From Eledone cirrhosa (lineage: Eukaryota): a stretch of DNA of 64,000 bases. Every line of letters begins with the position of its first letter. The stretch's first letter is position 1. Below are positions 1-13,649 of the stretch, one piece after another. The translations under genes and the position numbers were made by a program. The notes below the pieces were generated by a model. The model made no database searches and had not been told where the DNA came from. It saw nothing but the letters and a program-made list of their open reading frames with translations. The stretch spans positions 10,044,001-10,108,000 of the forward strand of contig OZ024765.1 of assembly GCA_964016885.1 (NCBI GenBank). The letters are read 5' to 3'.

Positions 1-540
1 CTGGTGGTGGTGGTGGTGGTGGTGGTGGTGGTGGTGGTGGTGGTGATGGTGGTGGTGGTGGTGGTGATGGGGTTGTTGCTGGTGGTGGTGGTGGTGGTGG
101 TGGTGGTGGTGAGGTGGTGGTGGTGGTGGTGGTGATGGGGTTGTTGCTGGTGGTGGTGGTGGTGGTGGTGGTGGTGGTGGTGGGGTGGTGGTGGTGGTGG
201 TGGTGGTGGTGGTGGTGGTGGTGGTGGTGGTGGTGGTGGTGGCGGGGTTGTTGCTGTTGATGGGGGGTGATTGGGGGGTGGGAGTTGTATTGGTGGTGGT
301 GGCGATGAGGTTGTGGTGGTGGTGATGGTGGTAGATGGAGGTGGTGATGGTGGGGGTGGTGATGGTGGTGGTAGTGGGGTTTGATGGTGGTGGTGGTGGT
401 GGAGTTGTTGTGGTGGTGGTGGTGATGAGGTGGTAGACGTGGTGGTGCTGGTAGTGATGGTGGTAGTGGTGATGGTGGTAGTTGTGGTGGTGCTGGTGGT
501 GAAGTGGTGATAGTGACATGGTGGTGGAGATGAGGTGATA
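1..540. repeat. (GGT)n-rich degenerate trinucleotide repeat
   Basis: Direct GGT/GAT repeat run. Confidence 0.95.
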
Positions 541-806
541 CTGGAATTGGACAGGGCCAATGGACGATATAGAATGTGTGTTTATGTGTGTGTGGTGTGC
601 GATTTAATCTGAGATATAGTCTGTGTGTGCGTGAGTGCGTGTGTGTGTGTGTGTGTGTGATTCAATACGAATGCAAATTGTGTGTATGTGTGTGATTCAA
701 TGTGAATGTGTGTGTGTAATTCAGTGTAAGATATAGTATGTGTGTGTATATATCTACTATATTAGCTGTCAGGTTGCGGGAGTCGGGTGGGGGGGGAGAG
801 AAAAGT

Positions 807-841
807 TATTTAAAAGAGAGAATATAGATGCCATCTCATTT
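807..841 (+). promoter_or_regulatory. Candidate core promoter: TATA-like TATTTAAA (807-814) and Inr TCATTT (836-841)
   Basis: TATA element lies ~31 nt upstream of the Inr A (838), which is 53 nt before a Kozak-context ATG (acaccATG, 891). Confidence 0.55.
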
Positions 842-890
842 TCAAAAGCCATCACCCCAGAATATAGAGGGCTTTTCAAAATCAAACACC

Positions 891-927
891 ATGAGGTACC
901 TCTTGTTCCTATTTTCATCCTTTGTGG
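891..927 (+). CDS. Exon 1 of secreted Cys-rich modular protein (signal peptide MRYLLFLFSSFV)
   Basis: accATG start, basic residue then hydrophobic run, G|GTAAGT donor in phase 1, matching all downstream exons. Confidence 0.7.
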
Positions 928-954
928 GTAAGTAAGATTTTATATATATATATA

Positions 955-1295
955 TCATCATCATCATCATCATCTTACGTCCACTTTTCCCTGCTTGCAA
1001 GGGTGGGACGGGAACTGATTCTGGCTTGATTTCTACAGCTGGATGCCCTTCCTAACACCAACCTCATTTACAGTGTGGGCTGGGTGCTTTTTTGCTGTGG
1101 CACCTCCACGACCACTTTGCAGTGGAATGATAGGGACCCCAGTCCCTATCATCTCATTTCTACAGCTGAGTAAACTGGAGCAATGTGAAATAAAGTGTCT
1201 TGCTCAAGGAAACAACACATTACCCGGTCTGAGAATTGAACTCACAACCTTTCGATTGCAAGCCCAATGCTCTAACCACTAAGCCATGTGCCTCC
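955..1295 (-). mobile_element. tRNA-derived SINE with RTE-type tail and (ATG)n end
   Basis: A box TGGCTTAGTGG, B box GAGTTCAATTC, tail shared with the RTE 3' UTR; homologous to 33317 and 44868 copies. Confidence 0.85.
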
Positions 1296-1625
1296 ATATA
1301 TCATCATCATCATCATCATCATTTTACGTCCGCTCTTCCCTGCTCGCAAGGGTGGGACATATATATATATATATTTCTTCCTTCCTATCATTTCTTCAAG
1401 TCAGTTCACATCAAGCCACTGATTTCTGTCCTTCAAGGAAATGTTTTACCCAACGCTACTTTGATGACATTTTACTGTTTTAACAGCTTCCTTATGCCGA
1501 GATTTTCCATTTTCCTACGAATTCTAATACACTTGCATTTCAAAATTCAATATTCGAGTTAATTTTGTTTATATATATATATATAATATATTAACAAATG
1601 GAAACTAAATTTATAAAACCATATT

Positions 1626-1691
1626 TATTTTATTATACATATTTCAAGGGCCACCAAGGCAAATTATGGTGCGCTTTCATCAGATAAAATA
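1626..1691 (-). ncRNA. Minimal type I hammerhead ribozyme (inverted arm copy)
   Basis: Near-exact reverse complement of 1836-1901. Confidence 0.75.
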
Positions 1692-1835
1692 CAATACAGA
1701 TTAGTTTTATAAATAAATATTGACATACCCTGAAAAAACAACCTTAACGGTTGCAACTATTCAGGAAGCTCCAACCGTTAAGGTTGTTTTTTTTCAGGGA
1801 ATGTCAATATTTATTTATAGAACTAATCTGTATTG

Positions 1836-1901
1836 TATTTTATCTGATGAAAGCGCACCATAATTTGCCTCGGTGGCCCTTGAAATATGTATAATAAAAT
1901 A
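1836..1901 (+). ncRNA. Minimal type I hammerhead ribozyme
   Basis: TATTTTAT-CTGATGA-stem II (AAG..CACC/GGTG..CTT)-GAAA-TATGTA-TA-ATAAAATA; 8-bp stem I, AUA site. Confidence 0.8.
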
Positions 1902-2079
1902 AATATGGTTTTATAAATATAGTTTCCATTTGTTAATATATTGTATATTTACTCCACTAATCTGTTGAGTGCTTTATATCAGTTATAAAAATGTTTAAAC
2001 TTATTGAATACTAACAAATTAAATATAACCTCTGCATATATATATATATATATATTTTTTTTATATATAAATATATATG

Positions 2080-2513
2080 TATTAACCATCTTGTCAATTA
2101 CAACTCCTTTTTGATTTCCATGTGTCTGACACACGTGGGCATGCCAACAAGGTCAGAAAACAGCACAGCTCCCATGACTTTCGGAAACATTTTTTCAAGC
2201 TCAGAGTTGCTGAAGCATGGAACAAACTACCTGCATCAGTTGTTAGCTGTCGAGACATTGCATCCTTTAAAACCTCCATGGAACAAACTACCTGCATCAG
2301 TTGTTAGCTGTCGAGACACTGCATCCATTAAAACCTCCATGCTTCCTGAAATTCACCAACATTACACCTGATGTCCTCCATACACACACACACACACACA
2401 TGTATTTCATGACTCGTACACTGTTCATTTTCCTGACATTCGTACATTACTCTATGTACTATACATGCACCTTTGATGAGTTGTAGTGCACCTGAGCACT
2501 GTACACAATAATT

Positions 2514-2548
<35 letters not shown>
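2080..2548 (+). mobile_element. CR1/L2-group LINE 3' fragment
   Basis: TRGH..K.....RKHFFKLRVAEAWNKLP C-terminal motif; internal ~60-bp tandem duplication; (TTA)n tail. Confidence 0.75.
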
Positions 2549-2732
2549 AGGGCGGTGGATTGGCAGTATCGGTAGAGGGTCGGACACCATGCTTTGCAGC
2601 AAAGAGTTAACTTTATGGGGTCGATAAAATAAAGTACCAGTAATACACTGGGATAATTGCTGGCCTTGTGCCAAAAGTAGAAACAATTATTATTATTATT
2701 ATATATATAAAATATATATATATATATATATA

Positions 2733-2934
2733 TAACGAAGGAAATGTGGTAAGGAACCAGGTGGACCATAACGCACCAAAGTACTCAATACTTGAGGTAG
2801 TAGAGTGGGTAATAGGAACCAGTAAGACCCCGACAGCTGAGCTCAAGCCGTTTCGACGGCTAATTCTGGACGGAATTCAGTCCAGAATTAGCCGTCGAAA
2901 CGGCTTGAGCTCAGCTGTCGGGGTCTTACTGGTT

Positions 2935-2940
<6 letters not shown>
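2733..2940 (-). mobile_element. Palindromic half-hammerhead element, copy 1
   Basis: Near-perfect hairpin 2812-2939; homologous to 6897-7102, 21952-22140 and partial 49984-50058. Confidence 0.75.
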
Positions 2941-2997
<57 letters not shown>

Positions 2998-3195
2998 TAC
3001 ATATAATTTGAACCTAGTTTTGATTGTTGTGTAATTTATATTCCTGCTCTGTAAAACATCTGATGTATTTACATTGAGCTATTTCCCTTACTGGTAATAA
3101 GGTAGTAATAAATTACTGACCTTTCCTGTTTATAGTTGTATATATGATCTGAAGGTCTTAGTATAAAACCATAAATAAATTTTGCAAAAAGATTT

Positions 3196-3500
3196 TCCAT
3201 ATAACTGCAAATAACTGCAAATAACTCCATATAACTGCAAATAACTGCAAATAACTGCAAATAACTCCATATAACTGCAAATAACTCCATATAACTGCAA
3301 ATAACTGCAAATAACTCCATATAACTGCAAATAACTGCAAATAACTGCAAATAACTCCATATAACTGCAAATAACTCCATATAACTGCAAATAACTGCAA
3401 ATAACTCCATATAACTGCAAATAACTCCATATAACTCCAAATAACTGCAAATAACTCCATATAACTGCAAATAACTGCAAATAACTCCATATAACTGCAA
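3196..3500. repeat. 10-bp minisatellite ATAACTGCAA/ATAACTCCAT
   Basis: Direct tandem array bounded by a duplicated ~27-bp flank. Confidence 0.95.
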
Positions 3501-4628
3501 ATAAATTTTGCAAAAAGATTTTCCATAAATAATTGTTTCTACTTTTGGCACAAGGCCAGCAATAACCCAGTGCATTACTGGTACTTTATTTTATCGACCC
3601 TGTAAGGATGAAAGGCAAAGTTAACCTTGGCGGGATTTGAACTCAGATTAATATCGATATTATTAAGTTGAGTAATGAAATTTACCTGAAGGTTATAAGC
3701 TCAATGCAATGGGATTCACACAGAGCTGTTATATACTATTTATAAAAAACACCAAAGAATCAATGCATTTTTAAACTAACACACATTTCAGCCAATAATA
3801 AAACTTCATCGCAGGGCTGTGTAGATACAAATTTTTAAATTTAAACATTTTTTTAACTTTTAAAGAAAATTTTTTTGCAAATTTATTTATGGTTTTATAC
3901 TAAAACCTTCAGGAATTGGTTTAAGATCAGCATCCACAGAGTTTATTTTCACATATCAATATTTCACATGGGTTTATAACTCAGTGTTTTTATAAATAGT
4001 ATATATATGAATGGTAAATTTCTTTAAGTCGTTTGGAAGCCTCGACAATGCAAATGAGTAAATCTCCGGGTAACAAGATCCGGTGGTGCAGAGAGAGATG
4101 TAAGTGGGTGTACGTTGAGATGTGTGGTGTGTATAAGACGTGTAGAGGAATGAAGGAAAGAGCATAAAGGATAAAATAAAAATAACAACACGAGAGAGAG
4201 TTACCTTGGGAGAGATTTAATTGTCCCTATATATTTCGGATTCACATCCATCAACTGGGGTTTTTTCCGGGGTGGGAGAAAAGTTGTCTGTTGGAAAGGT
4301 GCGAAACGCGTCCTCCGCTGTTCGTTGTTTTGAATATATATGTATATATATGCAATGTTAAGGTATCAAACATATCTAATATGTCTAATGATCATGTTTC
4401 TCTTTAAATAAGCTCAATGAACCTTAGTTCAGAGCACCAATAATTTAAATTCAAAAGATATTTTTAACCCTAAGCATTTAAATTGGCTGTATCCAGCCAG
4501 AATTCTCTCGCTTCTTTCTGTTCAAACCGGCTGTAACTGGCTGCACATACTGATGTTAATGTATTCTTTTCAAAATAGATAATATCAAAATCTCATAGAC
4601 TCGATATTATGTGAGATAAAGCCTTTAC

Positions 4629-4669
<41 letters not shown>

Positions 4670-5051
4670 CTGGTTTACGTCATCACCCTTTTCCATGTTA
4701 GCATAGGTTAGATGAGTTGTCTGGTTGTGGGCAATGTTAGTTGAGGTGACCATGTCTTGCACATACAGAACTGATTTTGGCTAAGTTTCTACAGCTGGAT
4801 GCCCTTCTTAGTGTCAACCTCATTTACAGTGAGTACTGAGTGATTTTTGTAGTGATCCAGGGAGTAATTAAATCAGATGAACCAGCGTTACAGTTAGAAC
4901 GTAGATTTGTAAGTTTACATTATCTAAACATTACTGCTAAGTACATATATTTGAATTAATATATGTTAAACATTTACACTTATCTAAAGGATATTTTATA
5001 TATGGCAAAGAGATATAAGTGTGTGGGGTATTTAAGAAAATTAATACAATA

Positions 5052-5238
5052 TAATTGTTTCTACTTTTGGCACAAAGCCAGCAATTATCCCAGTGCATTA
5101 CTGGTACTTTATTTTATCGACCCCGTAAGGATGAAAGGCAAAGATAACCTCAACGGGATTTGAACTCAGACCGTAAAGGGACATAACTATGCTGAAAAGC
5201 ATGCCCGACCCTCTACCGATACTGCCAATTCACCGCCC
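5052..5238 (-). mobile_element. Second SINE family (MetaSINE-like central domain); other copies ~2549, 3530, 5616, 15680, 21390, 24335
   Basis: tRNA-like head + GCCTTTCATCC..GGGGTCGATAAAATAAAGTACCAG core, (TTA)n tail; family name is from recall. Confidence 0.7.
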
Positions 5239-5970
5239 TTAATACATTATAATGAAATATAATTTATTAAGTTCAAACCTAAAGGAGTAAGCTGAGATAA
5301 GATAATCTATTATATTGAATAAATGAATATAACTTGTTAACTTCTTCACTGCCGTAGATGAGATAACTCATCCTAACATGTATGCATTCCAGTGCTACAG
5401 ACAAAATAACTCATCCTAATATGTTTGAAATCGTTTCCAACAGTTCATAACTTCAAAGCTAGATGGGGTTACTAGTTTATTGATGTGTCATTTGTCAATC
5501 ATTCAGATATGTGTTGTAAATAAATGTTTGTTTAACAAAATAGACATTTCACTGAAAAAAAAAAAATGGCACAACTGTAGCTGTGTAAAATATATGTGGC
5601 AGTAAACAGATTAATAATTGTTTCTACTTTAGGCACAAGGCCAGCAATTACCCAGTACATTACTGGTACTTTATTTTATCGACCCCGTAAGGATGAAAGG
5701 CAAAGTCAACCTCGGCGGGATTTGAACTCAGATTAATAATGTATCAGTATCTTTTACAATATATAAATGTGGGAGACTACCTATAGATTATTACAATACA
5801 ATGAATTTAACATAAAATTGAGTACTAGTTGAAGTATACAGACATAGTTGAATTCATTTGCTTGGCTCATTTATTAACACAGCTTCCACCTTCTGATTAC
5901 TGAATGGTGCAGCTGGCGCATTAATTCTTGCACTTAAATCAGCCCCCTACCTTACATCCCATTGACAGTC

Positions 5971-6021
5971 GGCTTTCCTGATGATTTCTTTCGAATGAAA
6001 CAGTTCTAGTCATGAGAAGCC
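5971..6021 (+). ncRNA. Hammerhead-like motif, imperfect stems
   Basis: CTGATGA..GAAAC-AGTTCTA-GTC with bulged stem I; related to 21008-21056. Confidence 0.45.
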
Positions 6022-6195
6022 ATTTCTATATTAAAAAAAAAAAATACCAACCTACTACCATCTACAAACTGACCAATGAGAATTAAGACTATTCCTGCTG
6101 ACAACATCAAAATATTCCTAACAAGCTCATATGTCCCAAGGCTCTGATACCATCAACACTATACACACAGATCTGGCATATCTAAGACCTGACTA

Positions 6196-6251
6196 ACTGC
6201 CTGATGAGGTCATAGCCATTGAATGGCTATCATCGAAATATATATAGCAGT
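6196..6251 (+). ncRNA. Minimal type I hammerhead ribozyme
   Basis: ACTGC-CTGATGA-(ATAGCCAT/ATGGCTAT stem II)-GAAA-TATATA-TA-GCAGT. Confidence 0.82.
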
Positions 6252-6307
6252 AAATAAATAAAGGATTATGAGTTCATGCAATTGACTTATGTTTCGTCAC
6301 TCTATAT

Positions 6308-6864
6308 CATCATCATCATCATCATCATCATCGTTTAACGTCCATGTTCCACGGTTGCATGGGTTTGGACGGGGGTTTTCCCACTTGAGGCAAGAGTGAT
6401 TATCTTGCTCGCATAGGACTATCTGGCGGGTTTTCTACTTTCTACAGCTGGATGCCCTTCCTAACACCAACCACATTTACAGTGTGGGGCTGGGAGGTTT
6501 TTACTGTGTTGCCTACACGGCCACATTACAGCGTGGACTGTCTGGCGGGTTTTCTACAGTTGGATGCCCTTCCTAACACCAACCACATTTACAGTGTGGG
6601 TCTGGGAGGTTTTTACTGTGTTGCCTACACGGCCACATTACAGCGTGAACTGTGTGTTTTTTTAGACGTGACACCTACACGATCTCATTTGTTTCGGCCT
6701 GGATGTTGTGGCACCAACATAACTTTACATTGAAAGGGGCGGTGTGGATGGGGTGGGGGTGGTGGGACGGGGGTGTATTTTGTTAGAGATGCCTACTGAC
6801 TGTAGTAGGTTTTACTTTGTATTTAGGTAAGGCGGGTCTTCTCTATTACTGAGTACCGCCAAAG

Positions 6865-6868
<4 letters not shown>
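6308..6868 (-). mobile_element. RTE 3' UTR fragment (also ~11985-12369 and 18212-18690)
   Basis: CTACAGCTGGATGCCCTTCCTAACACCAACC motif and (CAT)n tail. Confidence 0.8.
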
Positions 6869-6896
<28 letters not shown>

Positions 6897-6901
<5 letters not shown>

Positions 6902-7102
6902 AACAAGTAAGACCCCGACGGCTGAGCTCAAGCCGTTTCGACGGCTAATTCTGTACTAATTGAGTACAGAATTAGCCGTCGAAACGGCTTGAGCTCAGCC
7001 GTCGGGGTCTTACTTGTTCCTATTACCCACTCTACTACCCTAAGTATTGAGTACTTTGGTGCGTTATGGTCCACCTGGTTCCTTACCACATTTCCTTCGT
7101 TA
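6897..7102 (+). mobile_element. Palindromic half-hammerhead element, copy 2
   Basis: Hairpin centred ~6960; GAAACGGCT-loop-AGCCGTC (stem III + GUC) at 6981-7003. Confidence 0.75.
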
Positions 7103-7331
7103 TATATATATATATATATATATATTTAAGTTTGGTGATTGACCACTGGATAGAACTGGTCATTCCATATAGCCAACCATGATGTAATATTAGGAAAAAA
7201 CACTTGACGTTATGTAACTCATCCATCTTTGATGTCGAATCTTGTTGGTGTTGCGAGAACGGAGTTAATTATTATTGAGTAAAATGACAGGAGGCCGGAC
7301 TGGTGAAATTCCTTCAAAGATTTATCTCAGC

Positions 7332-7393
7332 AAACACTATGTACATTTCAGTGGCCAGGTTCCATAAGATCCTGGTGACATCATCAGGTGTTT
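7332..7393 (-). ncRNA. Minimal type I hammerhead ribozyme
   Basis: Minus strand reads AAACAC-CTGATGA-(CCAGG/CCTGG)-GAAA-TGTACA-TA-GTGTTT. Confidence 0.82.
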
Positions 7394-7609
7394 ATTGCAT
7401 AATAGTTATATCATAAAGGAATAATGGTTAACACAATCCAAGAGGCTATAAGGATATAAAAAAAAAACAGAGAAAAATGTTTTTGACTCGAAGGCGATCA
7501 AAAGGGCCAGTTATTGTCAGTTTAGCTGACCACCTTCGAGTGAGGATTCTCATCAATTTTGTCTGTAAACTATTTGTTATATATATATAACAAATAGTTA
7601 GGAAGGACA

Positions 7610-8750
7610 TCCACCACCACCAACCACCCTCACACACCATCAACCACCCTCACACACCATCAACCACCCTCACACACCACCAACCACCCTCACACACCAC
7701 CAACCACCCTCTCACACCACCAACCACCCTCACACACCACCAACCACCCTCACACACCATCAACCACCCTCTCACACCACCAACCACCCTCACACACCAC
7801 CAACCACCCTCACACACCACCAACCACCCTTACACACCACCAACCACCCTCACACACCACCAACCACCCTTACACACCACCAACCACCCTCACACACCAC
7901 CCTCACACACCACCCTCACACACCACCAACCACCCTCACACACCACCAACCACCCTCACACACCACCCTCACACACCACCAACCACCCTCACACACCACC
8001 AACCACCCTCACACACCACCAACCACCCTCACACACCACCCTCACACACCACCAACCACCCTCACACACCACCAACCACCCTCACACACCACCAACCACC
8101 CTCACACACCACCAACCACCCTCACACACCACCAACCACCCTCACACACCACCAACCACCCTCACACACCACCAACCACCCTCACACACCACCAACCACC
8201 CTCACACACCACCAACCACCCTCACACACCACCAACCACCCTCACACACCACCAACCACCCTCACACACCACCAACCACCCTCACACACCACCAACCACC
8301 CTCAGACACCACATCACCACCAACACCACCACAACCTCCACCACCATCACACACCACCAACACCACCACCACCCTCACACACCACCAACACCACACACCA
8401 CCCTCACACACCACCAACACCACCACCACCATCACAGACCACCATCACACACCACCCTCACACACCACCAACACCACCACCACCCTCACACACCACCAAC
8501 ACCACCACCACCATCACACACCACCAACACCACCACCACCATCACACACCACCACCACCATCACACACCACCAACACCACCACCACCATCACACACCACC
8601 ATCACACACCACCCTCACACACCACCAACACCACCATCACACACCACCAACACCACACACCACCCTCACACACCACCAACACCACCACCACCATCATACA
8701 CCACCACCACCACCACCATCATACACCACCAACACCACCACCATCATCCT
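7610..8750. repeat. 20-bp CA-rich minisatellite decaying into (CAC)n
   Basis: CAACCACCCTCACACACCAC repeats. Confidence 0.95.
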
Positions 8751-8837
8751 GCCATTCATTCGGGAGTGGTGGTGGTGGTGGTGGTGGTGGTGGTGGTGGT
8801 TATGATGAAGGTGGTGGTGTTGTTGTGCATGTTTGTA

Positions 8838-8868
<31 letters not shown>

Positions 8869-9294
8869 TCATGTGAGTGTATGTGTGTGAGTGTATGTGT
8901 GTGTGTGCTTTAGCTGTGTGTCTGTTATTTGTGATGACACTGTTTATAGGGGAGGGGAGGGGGAATGACAGGTGTATTAGAGAGAGAGAGAGCTGGGGGA
9001 GATAGAGAGACAAACAGCCATAGAAATGGCACCATCAGCAACATTCTGTCTTCAGTATGTGTGGCCTAGTGGCAAGGGTGTTGGACTTTAGATCATAATG
9101 TCACAGGTTTGATTCCCAGGCTGGGTTGTGTGTTGTGTCCTTGAGCAAAACACTTCATTACACATTGCTCCAGTGGTAAGAGTGTTTGACTTGGTAGTAA
9201 CACTACCCCCTGGATAGAACCTCAGTCCATCGCAGGGTTAAGCCCCCAGCTATTACTGGTACTTATTTTCAGTTGACTGTACTGGAAGAAAACA

Positions 9295-10030
9295 CTATCT
9301 ACACATCACCCTGTCTATCTATGTTCTATATTCCACATATAAGCTATCTACACAACATCACCCAGTCTATCTATGTTCTATATTCCATATTTCAGCTATC
9401 TACACAACATCACCCAGTCTATCTATGTTCTATATTCCATATTTCAGCTATCTACACAACATCACCCAGTCTATCTATGTTCTATATTCCATATTTCAGC
9501 TATCTATACAACATCACCCAGTCTATCTATGTTCTATATTCCACATATCAGCTATCTACACAACATCACCCAGTCTATCTATGTTCTATATTCCACATAT
9601 AAGCTATCTACACAACATCACCCAGTCTATCTATGTTCTATATTCCACATATAAGCTATCTACACAACATCACCCAGTCTATCTATGTTCTATATTCCAC
9701 ATATAAGCTATCTACACAACATCACCCAGTCTATCTATGTTCTATATTCCACATATAAGCTATCTACACAACATCACCCAGTCTATCTATGTTCTATATT
9801 CCACATATAAGCTATCTACACAACATCAACCAGTCTATCTATGTTCTATATTCCACATATAAGCTATCTACACAACATCACCCAATCTATCTATGTTCTA
9901 TATTCCACATATCAGCTATCTACACAACATCACCCAGTCTATCCATGTTCTATATTCCATTATATCAGCTATCTACACAACATCACCCAGTCTATCTATG
10001 TTCTATATTCCACATTTCAGCTATCTACAC
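9295..10030. repeat. 52-bp minisatellite (~14 copies) ending at the exon 2 acceptor
   Basis: Direct tandem array. Confidence 0.95.
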
Positions 10031-10032
10031 AG

Positions 10033-10152
10033 AAGCAAGGTCCCATATTCCATGCCTTGATAAAATCCAGTTCTATGAACCATATGAACAGAATACAATC
10101 CCTATTCAAAAGTATTGTGCATGTTACAGGAAAGTAACATTAACAGATCAAT
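10033..10152 (+). CDS. Exon 2 (EARSHIPCLDKIQFYEPYEQNTIPIQKYCACYRKVTLTDQ)
   Basis: acacAG acceptor, GTAAGT donor, 120 nt, phase 1-1, open frame with a C...CxC motif. Confidence 0.75.
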
Positions 10153-10174
10153 GTAAGTAAAAACTACAAACCTT

Positions 10175-10269
<95 letters not shown>

Positions 10270-10781
10270 AAATACTGCAGGTAGCACATGGATAACATGT
10301 AATAAAATAAGTCCCTCATCAGTGATTTGCCGAAGATCATAGATATTTCATTGCATTAAAAATCATATATCTCACTTCGGTGCAATAATAACCAAAATAA
10401 GTTATTAGGACAATTAAAACGCGTAAAGCGAGTGAGACAGGAGAACAACAGAAAATATAGCATACCGTAGGGGAGAAACAAGCTTCAAAAATTATTCTGT
10501 TTAGCATAAGCTAGGTGAATATATGAGCGCTTAGAGAATAGATATATATATATATAAATATATATACAAATATATATACATTCACATACATATATATATA
10601 TATATATATTCACATATATATATATGATGATGATGATGATATATGTGTGTGTTTGTATATTAATATATATATATATCATCATCATCATCATCGTTTAATG
10701 TCTATCTTCCATGCTAGCATGGGTTTATATATATATATATATATATGTGTGCATGTATATATATGTGTATGTATATATATT

Positions 10782-10852
<71 letters not shown>

Positions 10853-10855
10853 TTG

Positions 10856-10886
<31 letters not shown>

Positions 10887-10893
10887 ATATATT

Positions 10894-10929
<36 letters not shown>

Positions 10930-10996
10930 TATATGTGTATGTGTATATATATTTAGTCTTCAAATTTATTATTATTACTATATATATGTATGTATG

Positions 10997-11083
<87 letters not shown>

Positions 11084-11142
11084 GTATATATATATATACA
11101 TACATATATATGTATATATATATATGTATATATATATATATG

Positions 11143-11192
<50 letters not shown>

Positions 11193-11246
11193 CATACATA
11201 TATATGTATGTATATATATATATATGTATATATATATGTATGTATG

Positions 11247-11337
<91 letters not shown>

Positions 11338-11603
11338 ATATGTATATATGTATATATGTATGTATGTATGTATGTATATATATATACATTGCTTTATATC
11401 TGGAGATCTCTCTGCACTTGTCGTCACATGGTACCATGGGCCCAACACTATGTGTCAATAATTGTCACAAGTGTAGTGTTTGTACCAGGGTTTTCAAGTC
11501 GCTGGCTGGACTAAAAAGTCACACTCGTTCAGCGCATCAGTAGGGGTTCTCCTACATGGATATAAAGTAGTGGCCGTACTCGAAAACGAGTTGGCAGCCA
11601 CCA

Positions 11604-11634
<31 letters not shown>

Positions 11635-11639
11635 GTATG

Positions 11640-11670
<31 letters not shown>

Positions 11671-11673
11671 GTA

Positions 11674-11751
<78 letters not shown>

Positions 11752-11805
11752 TATATATATATATGTATGTATTTATATATATATATGTGTATGTATATAT
11801 ATATA

Positions 11806-11870
<65 letters not shown>

Positions 11871-11877
11871 TATATAC

Positions 11878-11934
<57 letters not shown>

Positions 11935-12384
11935 ATATATTATATATATATATATATATTATATATATATATATATATTATATATCATCATCATCATCAT
12001 CATCATCGTTTAACGTCCGTGTTCCATGCTTGCATGGGTTTGGACGGGAGTTTTCCCACTTGAGGCAAGAGTGGTTGTCTTGCTCGCATAGGACTGTCTG
12101 GCGGGTTTTCTACAGTTGGATGCCCTTCCTAACACCAACCACATTTACAGTGTGGGGCTGGGAGGTTTTTACCGTGTTGCCTACACGGCCACATTACAGC
12201 GTGGACTGTCTGGCGTGTTTTCTACAGCTGGATGCCCTTCCTAACACCAACCACATTTACAGTGAGGGACTGGGAGGTTTTTACCGTGTTGCCTACACGG
12301 TCACATTACAGCGTGGACTGTGTGTTTTTTGTCGTGACACCTACACGATCTCATTTGTTTCGGCCTGGATATATATATATATAT

Positions 12385-12889
12385 CATAAAACATGTCTAT
12401 AGAATCACCAGATAAAATAGATACCGTTTCCTCTCCCAATTGGCATAATTAACCATATAAAAAATCAATTAGACCAAGCTATAAGAATAAAGGCTCCTAT
12501 GAAGAAATCTCTGACAAATAACCGAAAGCAGCCCCTTCGCGGCGGTTACAACGGATTATTTATCGAATATTTCGACAGCATGTATAAATCGACCAGATAT
12601 ACAGTCAACTAAACAGAATTAGGTGTAAAATAAACTAGAAGAAAAGTGTACATATTTAATTACCTCTACCATGGTTTCATCCACATTTTAAGACATCCGA
12701 TAACATTGGATATCTAGAGCTTCGGATTCTTCAGGAAGTTAGCTCAAATTTAGACAATTTTCCAAAGTGATCGCGCCAAGAATACATTCAAAAATGGCTA
12801 AGAATCGTGATGTGGCAGTGGTCAGGTTAGAAAGGATGTGATTAGTTGCTTACGGCTGGTAGGCTTTTGGCTAGAAAGCATATATATAC

Positions 12890-12929
<40 letters not shown>

Positions 12930-13280
12930 ATACACATACACACAGATATATATATATATATATACACACACATACATATATATACACACTCACATACATA
13001 CAAAATATTCGATAAATAATCCGTCGTAACCGCCGCGAAGGGGCAGCTTTCGGTTATTTGTCGGAGATTTCTTCATAGGATCCTTTATTCTTATAGCTTC
13101 GTCTCAGTGATTTTTTTATATGGTTAATTATGCTAATTGGGAGAGGAAACGGTATATATTTTATCTGGTGATTCTATAGACATGTTTTATGATATATAGC
13201 TCTGACTATTTAATTTAATAATTCTTCATTGAGCCACAAAGTGACCCGTTGCAAAACACATTTATATTTATGACTTTATA
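12385..13280. repeat. Diverged inverted repeat (~190-bp arms, 12385-12572 and 13002-13194) in (TA)n
   Basis: Arms are reverse complementary; no clean hammerhead core found. Confidence 0.75.
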
Positions 13281-13295
13281 TATATATGTAAACAT

Positions 13296-13335
<40 letters not shown>

Positions 13336-13490
13336 CAAAATGGCGAGCTATGTTGTTGCAATTAAGTATATGTATGTATATATAAATATATATACACATA
13401 GACACACACATAGAAGACACATTTGCACACACCTGTATACACATATATAGTCATTTTAAAATGTTATTTGTCAAACTTCTTATTTTCCAG

Positions 13491-13616
13491 CTCGTGCATT
13501 TAAACCCATTTGCACTAAGAACTATAATAGTTTTACTCATGGAGACGTGTACATAGATGGCTGCTTCTATTGTCAATGTTTGTTTGGTGTTATGAAATGT
13601 CAGCGTGCCTGTCGCA
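13491..13616 (+). CDS. Exon 3, VWC-like 6-Cys module (RAFKPICTKNYNSFTHGDVYIDGCFYCQCLFGVMKCQRACR)
   Basis: ttttccAG / GTAAGA, 126 nt, phase 1-1; C..HG....DGCxxCxCxxGxxxCxxxC pattern typical of VWC N-terminal subdomains. Confidence 0.85.
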
Positions 13617-13649
13617 GTAAGAGTATAAATTTTTCTTAACCTTTCAATA

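Noticed and set aside
9295-10030. CRISPR-like regular array
   Set aside because: No unique spacers and a eukaryotic context; it is a plain minisatellite.
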